A stretch of DNA of 64,000 nucleotides from a bacterium. Its GTDB lineage: Bacteria > Patescibacteriota > Minisyncoccia > Phycocordibacterales > CAIZLB01. A program made the position numbers and the translations under genes. Shown piece after piece: positions 1 to 8,907 of this stretch (its first letter is position 1; each line of letters begins with the position of its first letter). Below the pieces are notes generated by a model. That model saw only the letters and a program-made list of their open reading frames with translations, did no database searches and had not been told where the DNA came from. The DNA lies in assembly GCA_037127815.1 (NCBI GenBank), contig JBAXXP010000004.1, forward strand, positions 4,647 through 68,646. Direction: 5' to 3'.

Positions 1-1
1 A

Positions 2-373
2 ATGATGCTCCCACTTGGTTATACGATCGGAACGATTTTTAATGTTGCAATGCTCTGGATAATATTTGAAAGGGACTTTAGGGGGTTCACGAAGCGTACT
101 GCAATGGTTTTGGTTCACTCGCTGGGCGCTGGTGTTATAGGTGCATTCTTTGCATATATTGGTTTGAATATATTTGCATTAGTATTCAATTTAACAACTT
201 CAATGGGGGTATTTCTACAAGGATTCTTTGCTGGAATAATAGGTATTGCGGTTACAATACTAATTTATAAACTACTAGGTACCAGAGAGCTTGATGAAGT
301 CTGGGAGGCTGTAATCTCAAAGGTGAATAAAAATAAATTGATTGTTTCTGAACCGGATAACATTGAGTTCTAG
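2..373 (+). CDS. C-terminal part of a polytopic membrane protein (partial at window edge)
   Basis: ORF is open to the window start. Translation is strongly hydrophobic with several predicted TM helices. No recognisable family. Confidence 0.35.
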   Translation: MMLPLGYTIGTIFNVAMLWIIFERDFRGFTKRTAMVLVHSLGAGVIGAFFAYIGLNIFALVFNLTTSMGVFLQGFFAGIIGIAVTILIYKLLGTRELDEVWEAVISKVNKNKLIVSEPDNIEF

Positions 374-436
374 TATTTTTCTCATGTTTTTCTTTAGGAT
401 TTCTTGATCATAATCGTGGTTCCTGCATAGTAAAAT

Positions 437-1105
437 GTGTTGATGAAAACTTATATATTTATCGATGCCTCAAACCTCTTCTACGGATTCGATATAGAAT
501 ATGGCTGGAAAATCGACTATGAATTATTGAAGAAGTATTTAGAGAAAAAATACAATGCTATTTCTGTACTATATTTTGGAGGAATTGACATCACAATAGG
601 AATTCAGAAAAATGAGGAATATTTTTATGATTATTCTAAAAATGACACGGTAAACCTAGAGGTATTTACTCGTCACTTAAGGTGTATTTTAGAGGAGGAT
701 AAAAGACTTTCTTACGAGCAAAATAATTTCATTAAAAAGCTTATTCAGAGGGCGAAATTTTATAGCAAACTTGAGTTTTTTGGATACAAAGTTTTCTTGA
801 AACCAGTTAAACACTTTGGCGGTACTGGCCTCTCGCAAAGTAAGGCAAACTGCGATGTGGATTTAACAATAGAAGTCATGAAGAACATCAAATTATTTGA
901 TAGAGCTATCGTGATGTCAGGAGATGGGGATTTCTTGCCTTTATATAAGTACATGGAACAGCAAGGAAAAGAGGTGTTTATAATTTCTCGTACATCAAGA
1001 ACAGCAAAGGAAGTCAGACTTCACCTAGCTTCTATTAGGTTTATTGAAATCGGGACACTTAGAAAACAAATAGAATTTATTGTAATTAAAAGCAAAAATC
1101 TCTAG
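437..1105 (+). CDS. NYN/LabA-like domain protein (PIN-like predicted RNase), paralog 1 of 3
   Basis: N-terminal IFIDASNLFYG motif. Also ANCDVDLTIEVM and SGDGDF motifs typical of NYN/LabA (DUF88) domains. Close paralog of 53722..54348. Confidence 0.7.
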   Translation: MLMKTYIFIDASNLFYGFDIEYGWKIDYELLKKYLEKKYNAISVLYFGGIDITIGIQKNEEYFYDYSKNDTVNLEVFTRHLRCILEEDKRLSYEQNNFIKKLIQRAKFYSKLEFFGYKVFLKPVKHFGGTGLSQSKANCDVDLTIEVMKNIKLFDRAIVMSGDGDFLPLYKYMEQQGKEVFIISRTSRTAKEVRLHLASIRFIEIGTLRKQIEFIVIKSKNL

Positions 1106-1120
1106 CTATGCTAGAGATTT
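1096..1120 (+). terminator. 11-bp perfect palindrome AAATCTCTAGC-TAT-GCTAGAGATTT overlapping the stop codon of the NYN gene
   Basis: Perfect inverted repeat read directly from the sequence. There is an A-run upstream but only a weak T-tract downstream. Confidence 0.4.
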
Positions 1121-1189
1121 CCACTAGAAAGGACAAATTAATAGGCCTTTCTGCGGTGTAGTGATATAAGTATATCAAAGCCCATTTCG

Positions 1190-3058
1190 TTGTCAAATAT
1201 CAGCTTTTACGATATAGTACAAGCACAAATGAATCTCTCAAATATCAGAAACTTTAGTATTATTGCTCACATTGATCATGGTAAATCCACGCTGGCTGAT
1301 CGTATGCTTGAAATTACAAACACTATTGAGAAGCGTAAGATGATGAATCAGGTGCTGGATAGCATGGAACTTGAGCGTGAAAAGGGAATTACAATTAAGA
1401 TGCGTCCAGTTAGAATGGCATATAAAAATCTCGCCGAGGTGGGCGATGGACAATCTAAAGGGGGTAAACAATACGAATTAAACCTAATTGACACACCAGG
1501 TCACATTGACTTCTCATACGAGGTTTCTCGTGCACTTAAGGCTGTAGAAGGATGTATCTTGCTTGTAGATGCAACACAAGGCGTACAAGCGCAAACTTTG
1601 ACAACACTTAGGCTTGCAAGAGAAATTGGTTTAACTATTATTCCAGTCTTGAGTAAAATTGATTCACCACTTGCGCGTCCTGTTGAGATAAAAGATGAAA
1701 TGTGTAAGTTGTTGGGTTGTAAGCCGGAAGATATCTTGGGAACTTCAGGAAAAACTGGAGAGGGTGTTGAGGAGTTGTTGCAGGAAATCGTTAAAAAAAT
1801 TCCACATCCTGTTGAGGAAATAGAGAATTCACAAAGTTGTCGCGCATTAGTTTTTGACTTTCAATATTCAAATCATAAGGGTGTAATTGTTTACATTAGA
1901 GTAATGGAAGGAAGTATTAAGAAGGGTGATGAATTAGTTTTCAAAATTGCTAATGAAAAATTTACAGCACTTGATGTTGGAATTTTTACACCAGATGAAG
2001 AGTCAATAGATATATTAAATGCTGGTGAAATTGGATATATCACAACTGGTATAAAACGTCCTGGTATCGCATCGGTTGGGGACACAATTACACTTTTTAG
2101 AAAACAACTTCCTGAACTTCATGGATACATGAATCCAGCTCCTGTTGTTTGGGCTTCAGTTTATCCAGAAGACGCAGATGATTTTGAAGTTCTAAAGCAA
2201 GCACTTGGAAGACTTAAGCTTTCTGATTCCGCTTTTTCCTTTGAAGAAGAATCATCAGGCTCATTAGGACGTGGATTTAGATGTGGATTTCTTGGACTAC
2301 TTCACCTTGAAATTATTACAGAGCGTCTTAAGCGCGAGTTTAGGCTAGATCTAATCATCGCAACACCTAGCATTACCTATGAAGTTACTATGGCAAATGA
2401 AAAAGTTGTCATGGTTTATTCGCCATCATTATTTCCAGAGCATGGGCAATATAAATCTGTACGTGAACCTTGGGTTATAACAAATATTATTACCCCAGAA
2501 GCTTATGTTGGTTCAATTTATCAATTGCTTTATGATCATGAGGCAGAATTGGGGGATTCAGAAACTTTTGGAGACGGAAGGACAAAACTTGTAATTAGAA
2601 TGCCACTACGTGAGCTTATGCGTAACTTTTTTGATGAACTAAAATCTGTTTCATCGGGCTATGCTTCACTTTCATATGAATTTGAGGGAATGCGCTCTGC
2701 TGAGGTTACTAGAATGGATATTTTGGTTGCAAATGAACCTGTTGAGGCATTTACCAAAGTTATTGCTGAAAGAAGAGCTGATGAAGAGGCAAATAAGACT
2801 GTAGATAGGCTTTTTAATGTGCTACCTAAGCAAATGTTCGTTGCAAAAATCCAAGCAAAAATTAACGGAAGAATTATTGCCTCACGTACATTATCTGCCA
2901 TGACAAAAGATGTTACAGGCTATTTATATGGAGGAGATATTACTAGAAAGATGAAATTGCGCGAGAAACAAAAGAAAGGAAAGAAGAAAATGAAGGCCCG
3001 TGGAGTTGTAAATATTCCTCACGATGTATTTTTGAAGATGATGAAGACGGGGGAGTAG
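1190..3058 (+). CDS. lepA: Translation elongation factor 4 (LepA)
   Basis: FSIIAHIDHGKSTLADR G1 motif and LIDTPGHIDF G3 motif. Length about 600 aa and the LepA C-terminal domain is present. The true start may be the internal Met at 1229 (MNLSNIRNFSII...). Confidence 0.9.
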   Translation: MSNISFYDIVQAQMNLSNIRNFSIIAHIDHGKSTLADRMLEITNTIEKRKMMNQVLDSMELEREKGITIKMRPVRMAYKNLAEVGDGQSKGGKQYELNLIDTPGHIDFSYEVSRALKAVEGCILLVDATQGVQAQTLTTLRLAREIGLTIIPVLSKIDSPLARPVEIKDEMCKLLGCKPEDILGTSGKTGEGVEELLQEIVKKIPHPVEEIENSQSCRALVFDFQYSNHKGVIVYIRVMEGSIKKGDELVFKIANEKFTALDVGIFTPDEESIDILNAGEIGYITTGIKRPGIASVGDTITLFRKQLPELHGYMNPAPVVWASVYPEDADDFEVLKQALGRLKLSDSAFSFEEESSGSLGRGFRCGFLGLLHLEIITERLKREFRLDLIIATPSITYEVTMANEKVVMVYSPSLFPEHGQYKSVREPWVITNIITPEAYVGSIYQLLYDHEAELGDSETFGDGRTKLVIRMPLRELMRNFFDELKSVSSGYASLSYEFEGMRSAEVTRMDILVANEPVEAFTKVIAERRADEEANKTVDRLFNVLPKQMFVAKIQAKINGRIIASRTLSAMTKDVTGYLYGGDITRKMKLREKQKKGKKKMKARGVVNIPHDVFLKMMKTGE

Positions 3059-3087
3059 TTTGTGATGGAATGTTAATTGTAGGTGAT

Positions 3088-3158
3088 TTAATCGTATCAA
3101 AAGCTGTACTTAATCGTATCAAAATGATACGATTAAGCTACTAAAATGATACGATTAA
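3088..3158. promoter_or_regulatory. Operator-like palindrome array upstream of the Fic gene
   Basis: TTAATCGTATCAAAATGATACGATTAA is a perfect 11-bp-arm inverted repeat at 3110-3136. An extra left half-site TTAATCGTATCAAAA lies at 3088-3102 and an extra right half-site AAAATGATACGATTAA at 3143-3158. The array is 30 bp upstream of the Fic start. Confidence 0.55.
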
Positions 3159-3189
3159 TTAATAATGGATTAAAATCAAATAAAACAAT

Positions 3190-4221
3190 ATGACAAACGA
3201 AATTCTTGAATTTTTGATCAAAGGTGGTGTTTTTTCAGTATCAGAGATATACGAATACATAATAACTAAAGAGGTGACGTCAGCCGTTTCTGTAAAGAGA
3301 CTTCTTTCAAAGTTGGTGGTGCAGGGTTTTTTAATCAAATCTGGAAAAGGTAGGTCTGTTAAATATCAAATATCAACTCTTGGACGCCTAAATTTGGAAA
3401 TTGATATTGAAAAATATTGTAGTATTGAGGTGGACAAAAGAGTTGGTCTTCGCGATTATAATTTTGAACTGTTTGATTCGCTACCAGAAAGTTTTTTTTC
3501 TAAGGAGGAAATTAAGGAACTAGATTCTGCAAGTAAAAAATATCATAAAAAAATTCTAAATGTTTCTGAAGTAATTCATAAAAAAGAATTAGAACGTTTC
3601 GTTATTGAACTTTCTTGGAAGTCATCCAAAATAGAAGGAAATACCTATACACTTTTGGATACAGAGAAATTACTTAAGGACGGTATCGAGGCTAAGGGAA
3701 AAACGAAAGACGAGGCTGTTATGATTATCAACCATAAAAATGCCTTTGATTTCATATATAAAAATAAAAATATGTTTAAGGAGGTTTCTGTATCAAAAAT
3801 AGAAGATGTACATAAGATTTTGATAAAGGATCTGGGTGTTACAAACAACCTAAGGTCAAACCCCGTTGGAGTTTTGGGTTCAAAGTATAAACCCTTGGAT
3901 AATAAATTTCAAATTGAGGAATCGGCAGAAAAATTATGTAAAGCTATATCTAAAATGGCTGATGTCTATAGTAAGGCGCTTTTCTTGATTATTGGGATAA
4001 GTTATATACAACCTTTTGAAGACGGCAATAAAAGAACCTCTAGGCTCATGGGGAATGCTATATTACTTACATATGGTTTGGCTCCACTATCATATAGGAT
4101 TGTTGATGAAGAAACATACAGGGAGTCGGTAATGGTTTTTTATGAGCTAAATTCCATAGCATCATTCAAGAAAATATTTTTTGAGCAATATATTTTCTCA
4201 ACAGAAAATTACTTGATTTAA
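3190..4221 (+). CDS. Fic/DOC family protein with N-terminal winged-helix-like region; class II inhibitory motif present, catalytic motif degenerate
   Basis: SKIEGNT matches the [ST]xxxE[GN] Fic inhibitory helix motif. The Fic core motif position reads QPFEDGNKRTSR instead of HPFx[DE]GNGRxxR, so His is replaced by Gln and the second Gly by Lys. Confidence 0.75.
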   Translation: MTNEILEFLIKGGVFSVSEIYEYIITKEVTSAVSVKRLLSKLVVQGFLIKSGKGRSVKYQISTLGRLNLEIDIEKYCSIEVDKRVGLRDYNFELFDSLPESFFSKEEIKELDSASKKYHKKILNVSEVIHKKELERFVIELSWKSSKIEGNTYTLLDTEKLLKDGIEAKGKTKDEAVMIINHKNAFDFIYKNKNMFKEVSVSKIEDVHKILIKDLGVTNNLRSNPVGVLGSKYKPLDNKFQIEESAEKLCKAISKMADVYSKALFLIIGISYIQPFEDGNKRTSRLMGNAILLTYGLAPLSYRIVDEETYRESVMVFYELNSIASFKKIFFEQYIFSTENYLI

Positions 4222-4601
4222 GATAATAGTTATACATCACTATTCATAGTCCTTTCCTGCCTCCCATGTTAAAATATATAGTAAATATACATTGAAAGCA
4301 GGAGCACTTACTTTGGATGTTAAGGCAATAAATGCTAGTGGTTCTTCCATTGATAAAAAAATAAACACAGTAACAGAAAAGGATCAAACAAGTAAAAATA
4401 CAGAAAAAGTACCTCTTTTTCAAAGAGTGTGGAATTGGTTCATGAAATAACTTATAATCAAATTATAGACCTCTAGACAATACAGGTATATAAAGAAGAA
4501 TCATTGAGATTATGATTAGGACACAAATAATACCCCATATAATCTTTACTGTTTTTTGGTGTTTTGGATTAAGAAACATATAGTCTATAATATACCAGTA
4601 A

Positions 4602-4985
4602 ATGAAAGAATTTCAACAAGAAAACGATAGAAAAGACAAAATATACTCTAAATGGGCTTTACTTGTACTTTTGATAATGATTATCCTTGTAATAAAGGGT
4701 CTTATTAGCATGTCTATTAAACAACGAGAAAGTGGGGAAGAGAAAAAACTGGTCGATATTAAAAGAGCTGAACTTCAGGAAAGGTATGATGTTTTGTCGG
4801 AAAAGGTTAATGAATTAAAAACTGATCAAGGGATGGAAAGGGAGATAAGGTCCAAATTTGATGTAGTTAAGCCTGGTGAGAGTGTAATTATGGTTGTGGA
4901 CAAGGAGGTTTCAGCACCAATCCCTGTAGAAACTAGCATTATCAAAAAACTGTGGAATGGTGTTGTTGGGGTCTTCAAGAAATAG
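4602..4985 (+). CDS. Septum formation initiator family protein (FtsB/DivIC-like)
   Basis: Single N-terminal TM helix followed by a coiled-coil. C-terminal MEREIRSKFDVVKPGESVIMVV resembles the FtsB EERARxELxMxRPGETxxRLV motif. Confidence 0.6.
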   Translation: MKEFQQENDRKDKIYSKWALLVLLIMIILVIKGLISMSIKQRESGEEKKLVDIKRAELQERYDVLSEKVNELKTDQGMEREIRSKFDVVKPGESVIMVVDKEVSAPIPVETSIIKKLWNGVVGVFKK

Positions 4986-5009
4986 ACTCAGTGGTATATA
5001 ATATCTATT

Positions 5010-5246
5010 ATGAAAATAATGATTTACAGCACGCCATCATGTACATTTTGTGTAATGGCCAAGGATTTTTTAAAAGCAAACAATATCCCATTTGAAGAAT
5101 TTAATGTTGCAGCTGATTTGGAAAAGCGCAAAGAGATGATTGAGAAGACTGGCCAGATGGGAGTTCCAGTTATAGATATTGATGGATCAGTTTTGATTGG
5201 TTTCGATAAGCAATTGATTGCACAGAAGGTTGGTATTAAAATTTAA
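5010..5246 (+). CDS. Glutaredoxin-like small redox protein (YruB/NrdH-like)
   Basis: 78 aa with a CTFC CxxC motif near the N-terminus (YSTPSCTFCVMAKDFL) and a thioredoxin-fold-like spacing. Confidence 0.65.
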   Translation: MKIMIYSTPSCTFCVMAKDFLKANNIPFEEFNVAADLEKRKEMIEKTGQMGVPVIDIDGSVLIGFDKQLIAQKVGIKI

Positions 5247-5272
5247 TCGTTATAAAATAATAAAAGTAAAAT

Positions 5273-5800
5273 ATGAAAAAAATATTATACGCAGTTATCA
5301 TAATCGCAATAATTTTATTAGCGGTATACATAGTTAAATATAGATCAGATAAAGATGATGTGGTGGGAACGCCAATAACTTCTAATCTAGAGGTTAATTT
5401 GGCTACAACATCAGATGTTTCAGTTAAAGACACTACGGTGACTGCACCAAGTACAGATATTAAAAATAATTCTACAAAAAATATGGATACAGAAAAAGTT
5501 TCAAAAGCCGGAGATACATTAACAGTTAACTATGTTGGTACACTTGAGAATGGAACAAAATTTGATAGTTCAATTGATAGAGGTACACCATTTAAGTTTG
5601 TTGTTGGTATTGGGCAAGTTATAAAAGGATGGGATGAAGGAATGGTTGGAATGAAGGTTGGGGAGAAGAAGCGTCTTGTTATCCCTGGAGAGAAGGCTTA
5701 TGGATCAAGAGGTATTCCTGATGGTAATGGGGGATACATGATTCCACCAAATGCAACTTTGATTTTTGAAGTTGAGATGTTGGGAATAGAGAGTAAATAA
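5273..5800 (+). CDS. FKBP-type peptidyl-prolyl cis-trans isomerase, membrane-anchored
   Basis: N-terminal TM anchor followed by a Thr/Ser-rich linker. C-terminal FKBP domain: [58 protein letters not shown]. Confidence 0.85.
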   Translation: MKKILYAVIIIAIILLAVYIVKYRSDKDDVVGTPITSNLEVNLATTSDVSVKDTTVTAPSTDIKNNSTKNMDTEKVSKAGDTLTVNYVGTLENGTKFDSSIDRGTPFKFVVGIGQVIKGWDEGMVGMKVGEKKRLVIPGEKAYGSRGIPDGNGGYMIPPNATLIFEVEMLGIESK

Positions 5801-5885
5801 AGTAGGAGAATAGGAAAGTAGTGGAATGGTGATGATACGATTTTAGCTTGAATAAATTATAAATCTACCTTCACTGTTCTACGCC

Positions 5886-5957
5886 GCCGCCATAGTTCAA
5901 TGGATAGAACAGTCCCGTCCTAAGGGATTGATGTGGGTTCGATTCCTGCTGGTGGCA
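5886..5957 (+). tRNA. tRNA-Arg (anticodon CCT)
   Basis: Cloverleaf built by hand. Acceptor GCCGCCA/TGGTGGC. D-arm TAGTTCAATGGATAGAAC resembles E. coli tRNA-Arg(CCU). Anticodon loop GTCCTAA. T-loop TTCGATT with a T-stem carrying two wobble pairs. No encoded CCA. Confidence 0.65.
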
Positions 5958-6094
5958 CAGAATTAACGAAGTGAATTTTGGGACGACAAGCAAGCCGATA
6001 CTTCGGCTTGCGGGCAGGAATCGAAAAGGTTCTCCCGTATTTTCGAGAAGCGAGCTTTGAGAAAATGGGAAACCTGTACTGGTCTCGTAGAGAC

Positions 6095-6117
6095 CGATTC
6101 CTGCTGGTGGCACAGAA
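6095..6117 (+). repeat. 23-bp perfect direct repeat of the tRNA-Arg 3' end (copy of 5940-5962)
   Basis: CGATTCCTGCTGGTGGCACAGAA occurs at 5940-5962 (the tRNA T-loop/acceptor 3' half plus 5 nt) and again at 6095-6117. The copies are 155 bp apart. Confidence 0.8.
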
Positions 6118-6260
6118 CTCAATAAAGGTATATCTGAGGATACGCCAATTCTCTGCTAAGAATTGGCTCTGCTTACTGCCGTTCGCAAGTTCCTCAGATA
6201 CACCTTTGTTTCATTGGAGATTATACAAATGCATGGTTTTGGGTTAGTATTATCAACAAC

Positions 6261-7343
6261 ATGTTTAAATGTAAACCACAAAAAGAATACGCACTGATTG
6301 ATGCTGGAAATAGCTTCAAATTAGAAAGATATGGAGAATATCTAATTGCAAGACCAGATCCTCAAGCACTGTGGCCTAAGGCTGTTTATAGCGCCCTGTC
6401 TGCCGTTGTAAAGATAAATAATGATAACATCAACCTTTGGCCTAACATTGATGCTGTGTTTGCTAAGGGAGGGTTTGGAGGCTCAAGTGGGCGTGGTTCT
6501 TCGTCTTCATCTTCTGCTCAAACGGATGATGATAATGACATTGGTAATTGGATTAAGACAAGAGCTATCCCTGAAAAATGGCCTATTAAGTTTGAGATGG
6601 GAGATGGCCTTCCTGCATTAAACATATATGCAAGATTGACTCCATTTAAGCATACTGGAATTTTTCCAGAACAGTTTACAAACTGGAAGTGGTCAATGGA
6701 ATTGATTAATAAAGCAATGGAAAATGACACTGCAGGTGCTGAGGCAAAATTCACAAAAGAAAACCCACCAAAAATATTAAATCTTTTTGGATATTCTGGT
6801 GCTGCAACTGTGGCTTGTCTTTTGGCAGGAGCTCATGTTACTCACGTTGATTCATCAAAGGGGGCTGTAACTTGGGCAAATGAGAATGCAGAACTAGCCG
6901 GAGTATTGGACAAACCAGTTAGATGGATTTTGGAAGATGCTGTTTCATTTATTAAGAAAGAAATTAGAAGAGGAAATAAGTATGATGGAATAATCCTAGA
7001 TCCTCCAGCTTTTGGGCGAGGTGCACAGGGTGAGGTTTGGAAAATCGAAAGAGATTTTTTACCATTCCTAGAATTGATTTTTGAATTACTTTCAGATAAA
7101 GCGTTGTTTGTTATTCTTAACGGTTATGCTGCTGGATATTCATCTATTGCGTATTCACAGAACTTTAGAAATCTTATTGCAAAAAGAGGTGGGGAAGTTG
7201 AACATGGTGAATTGTGTATTGAGCAAGATTTGAACGATTTTAAGAAGATGATGGATGGTGCTACTGTGGGCATGGATACATCGTCAAAACTTGACCCAAT
7301 AGTACTTCCATGTGGAATTGTAGCTCGCTGGAAAAGTCTCTAG
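6261..7343 (+). CDS. Class I SAM-dependent methyltransferase, RlmI/RlmK-like rRNA methyltransferase family, with low-complexity Gly/Ser insertion
   Basis: Methyltransferase fold motifs LNLFGYSGAATVA and GIILDPPAFGRG. The N-terminal region is PUA/RlmI-like. An inserted GGFGGSSGRGSSSSSSAQTDDDND tract is present. Confidence 0.6.
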   Translation: MFKCKPQKEYALIDAGNSFKLERYGEYLIARPDPQALWPKAVYSALSAVVKINNDNINLWPNIDAVFAKGGFGGSSGRGSSSSSSAQTDDDNDIGNWIKTRAIPEKWPIKFEMGDGLPALNIYARLTPFKHTGIFPEQFTNWKWSMELINKAMENDTAGAEAKFTKENPPKILNLFGYSGAATVACLLAGAHVTHVDSSKGAVTWANENAELAGVLDKPVRWILEDAVSFIKKEIRRGNKYDGIILDPPAFGRGAQGEVWKIERDFLPFLELIFELLSDKALFVILNGYAAGYSSIAYSQNFRNLIAKRGGEVEHGELCIEQDLNDFKKMMDGATVGMDTSSKLDPIVLPCGIVARWKSL

Positions 7344-7393
7344 TCTTATGATATAGTTGTACCTGGCTGTGTAATAGTATTAAAATTCAAAAT

Positions 7394-7690
7394 ATGGATG
7401 AATACATTGAAGAAGAAATTAAAGAAATAAGCGAAAGATTAGAGAAGCTTGAGAACATGTCTAAAGATAATAGTGTAATGCTAAAATATCTTTATCGTGC
7501 GTATCGTTTATCTTATGCTATTTCTATAATTAAATGGGTAGTAATAATAGGGTTCACTTTGGGTGCCTTTTATTTTCTTCAACCATATCTTGAAAGTGTT
7601 ATGAAGTTATATGGTAGTGTAAATTCTTTGACGGGAGGGGTTGAAAATAATGGAGGAATTGATATCCTTAAGGCGTTGAAGAATATATAG
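7394..7690 (+). CDS. Hypothetical small protein with N-terminal coiled-coil and one TM helix
   Basis: ORF only; no family recognised. Confidence 0.3.
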   Translation: MDEYIEEEIKEISERLEKLENMSKDNSVMLKYLYRAYRLSYAISIIKWVVIIGFTLGAFYFLQPYLESVMKLYGSVNSLTGGVENNGGIDILKALKNI

Positions 7691-7713
7691 TAAGTTGAAG
7701 GTTTGATAGTTAT

Positions 7714-7789
7714 GCCGAGATAGCTCAGTTGGTAGAGCATTTCCCTGAAGAGGAAGGGGTCGCCGGTTCGAATCCGGCTCTCGGCACCA
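7714..7789 (+). tRNA. tRNA-Phe (anticodon GAA), CCA encoded
   Basis: GCCGAGATAGCTCAGTTGGTAGAGC ... anticodon loop CTGAAGA ... GGTTCGAATCC ... TCTCGGCACCA. The cloverleaf is canonical. Confidence 0.9.
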
Positions 7790-7805
7790 AATGTAAGGCA
7801 AGAAA

Positions 7806-7849
7806 AAATCGCCCGTCCCCAAGTGGGGCCGGGCGATTTGAGTTGTTTT
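7806..7849 (+). terminator. Rho-independent terminator after tRNA-Phe
   Basis: Stem AAATCGCCCG ... CGGGCGATTT with inner GTCCCC/GGGGC, followed by GAGTTGTTTT. Confidence 0.6.
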
Positions 7850-7871
7850 GGGGATTGAACCCGGGTGGTTG

Positions 7872-8600
7872 TTACCACCCGTGCCGTTGTTGGCGATACC
7901 CATATGGAGGGCATCCGCCATATTGTTGCGGATATGGCTGGACGACAATTACTTGCCTCCGTTGTTGCTGATAGTAGTTGCCACCCCAGGAATGCTGTGG
8001 ATACTGCTGTTGATAGCAGTTTCCACCCCAAGGTTGAAGACCACGAGGGTCTCGGTATGGGGGAGTGAAGCCGATGTTAATCAGCGACCCATTAATTTGC
8101 CAACCACCTGAACGGCGTTGTGGTGCTTCTTGCACCACCTCCTCTTGCTGTGGCGCTTGCACTTCTGCAAGCATCAGCCTGTTACCACAGTTTTCCTTCC
8201 ATGCCTGCTGAGTTTGACGATCGTACATGATCACCAACCCTACTGGCACGTTTTGAACCATGGCACGATTACCGCCCATATCATTGACCATTGGTCCGCG
8301 TGGACCAAAGACTTCCGACCATAAGATCCTAACGGATCCAGGAGTCGGTGATTTGGGTTGGTTGCCGAAGCAACTGGCGCTGACATATTGACCCACAGCA
8401 TATTGCTGGGGAGCAGGCTGTCTGCGTTGTTGTTGAGCATAACCACCTTGCGGTGGCGCCATGACGCAGGAGGTGAGTCCTGATGCCACAGCAAGACTTA
8501 CGATAGCTGCGAACATTAGCTTTGCAGCCAATGCCCTGCTGATTGGATTCATGACATTCCACACGGTGGTGGAGACGAGTATTGTGTTCATCTTTTTCAT
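7872..8600 (-). CDS. Gln/Tyr/Pro/Gly-rich putative lipoprotein in a visibly GC-rich segment
   Basis: Signal peptide with a lipobox-like LTSC. The remainder is low-complexity and Q/Y/G/P-rich (QQQYPQ, GGNYYQQQRRQ repeats). G+C is visibly higher than the flanks, which is why many overlapping alternative-frame ORFs appear here. Confidence 0.45.
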   Translation of the reverse strand: MKKMNTILVSTTVWNVMNPISRALAAKLMFAAIVSLAVASGLTSCVMAPPQGGYAQQQRRQPAPQQYAVGQYVSASCFGNQPKSPTPGSVRILWSEVFGPRGPMVNDMGGNRAMVQNVPVGLVIMYDRQTQQAWKENCGNRLMLAEVQAPQQEEVVQEAPQRRSGGWQINGSLINIGFTPPYRDPRGLQPWGGNCYQQQYPQHSWGGNYYQQQRRQVIVVQPYPQQYGGCPPYGYRQQRHGW

Positions 8601-8841
8601 CTGGTTTTGGTGTTGAGCAGATATTATCTAGCTAACCTCTGTTAACTAAGTAATATCTGCCCAAAAGCCATAAAAATGTAGAGATGAATGACAATACTTC
8701 CTATCAGGAATCCGACGAAACTAATCAAAGAACTGTATATATTATAGTACTATTACACTGTTTTGTCAAGCATGCAAGGCGAGCTTGGTTTGGTGTTCTT
8801 GTTGGGCTGTAAGATAGAGCCTAAAATGGGTTGATATGATA

Positions 8842-8872
8842 ATGCGGCGCAAGGCAAAGCCTTGCGCCGCAT
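8842..8872 (-). terminator. 13-bp perfect hairpin ATGCGGCGCAAGG-CAAAG-CCTTGCGCCGCAT downstream of the 8908..9381 gene
   Basis: Perfect inverted repeat read from the sequence. Confidence 0.55.
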
Positions 8873-8907
8873 CGAAACTCGTCAAAATCAGGGTTTATAT
8901 ACACAAA

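Noticed and set aside
4222-4601. Possible small ORF (about 52 codons from a TTG start) in the 380-bp Fic-ftsB spacer
   Set aside because: It has no ATG start and no recognisable features.
5871-6247. ORFs 5871..6122(-) and 5978..6247(+) from the six-frame track
   Set aside because: They overlap tRNA-Arg, the 23-bp tRNA 3'-end duplicate and a hairpin-rich segment. The region is far better explained as tRNA plus structured or att-like non-coding DNA.
7579-8562. Cluster of overlapping ORFs in several frames (7579..8031, 7607..7948, 7729..7971, 7848..8111, 7865..8068, 8118..8324, 8240..8494, 8329..8562)
   Set aside because: They lie within or antisense to the GC-rich segment containing tRNA-Phe and the Q-rich lipoprotein gene. 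GC-rich DNA in an AT-rich genome yields long stop-free frames by chance. Only the 7872..8600(-) frame has a signal peptide and lipobox.
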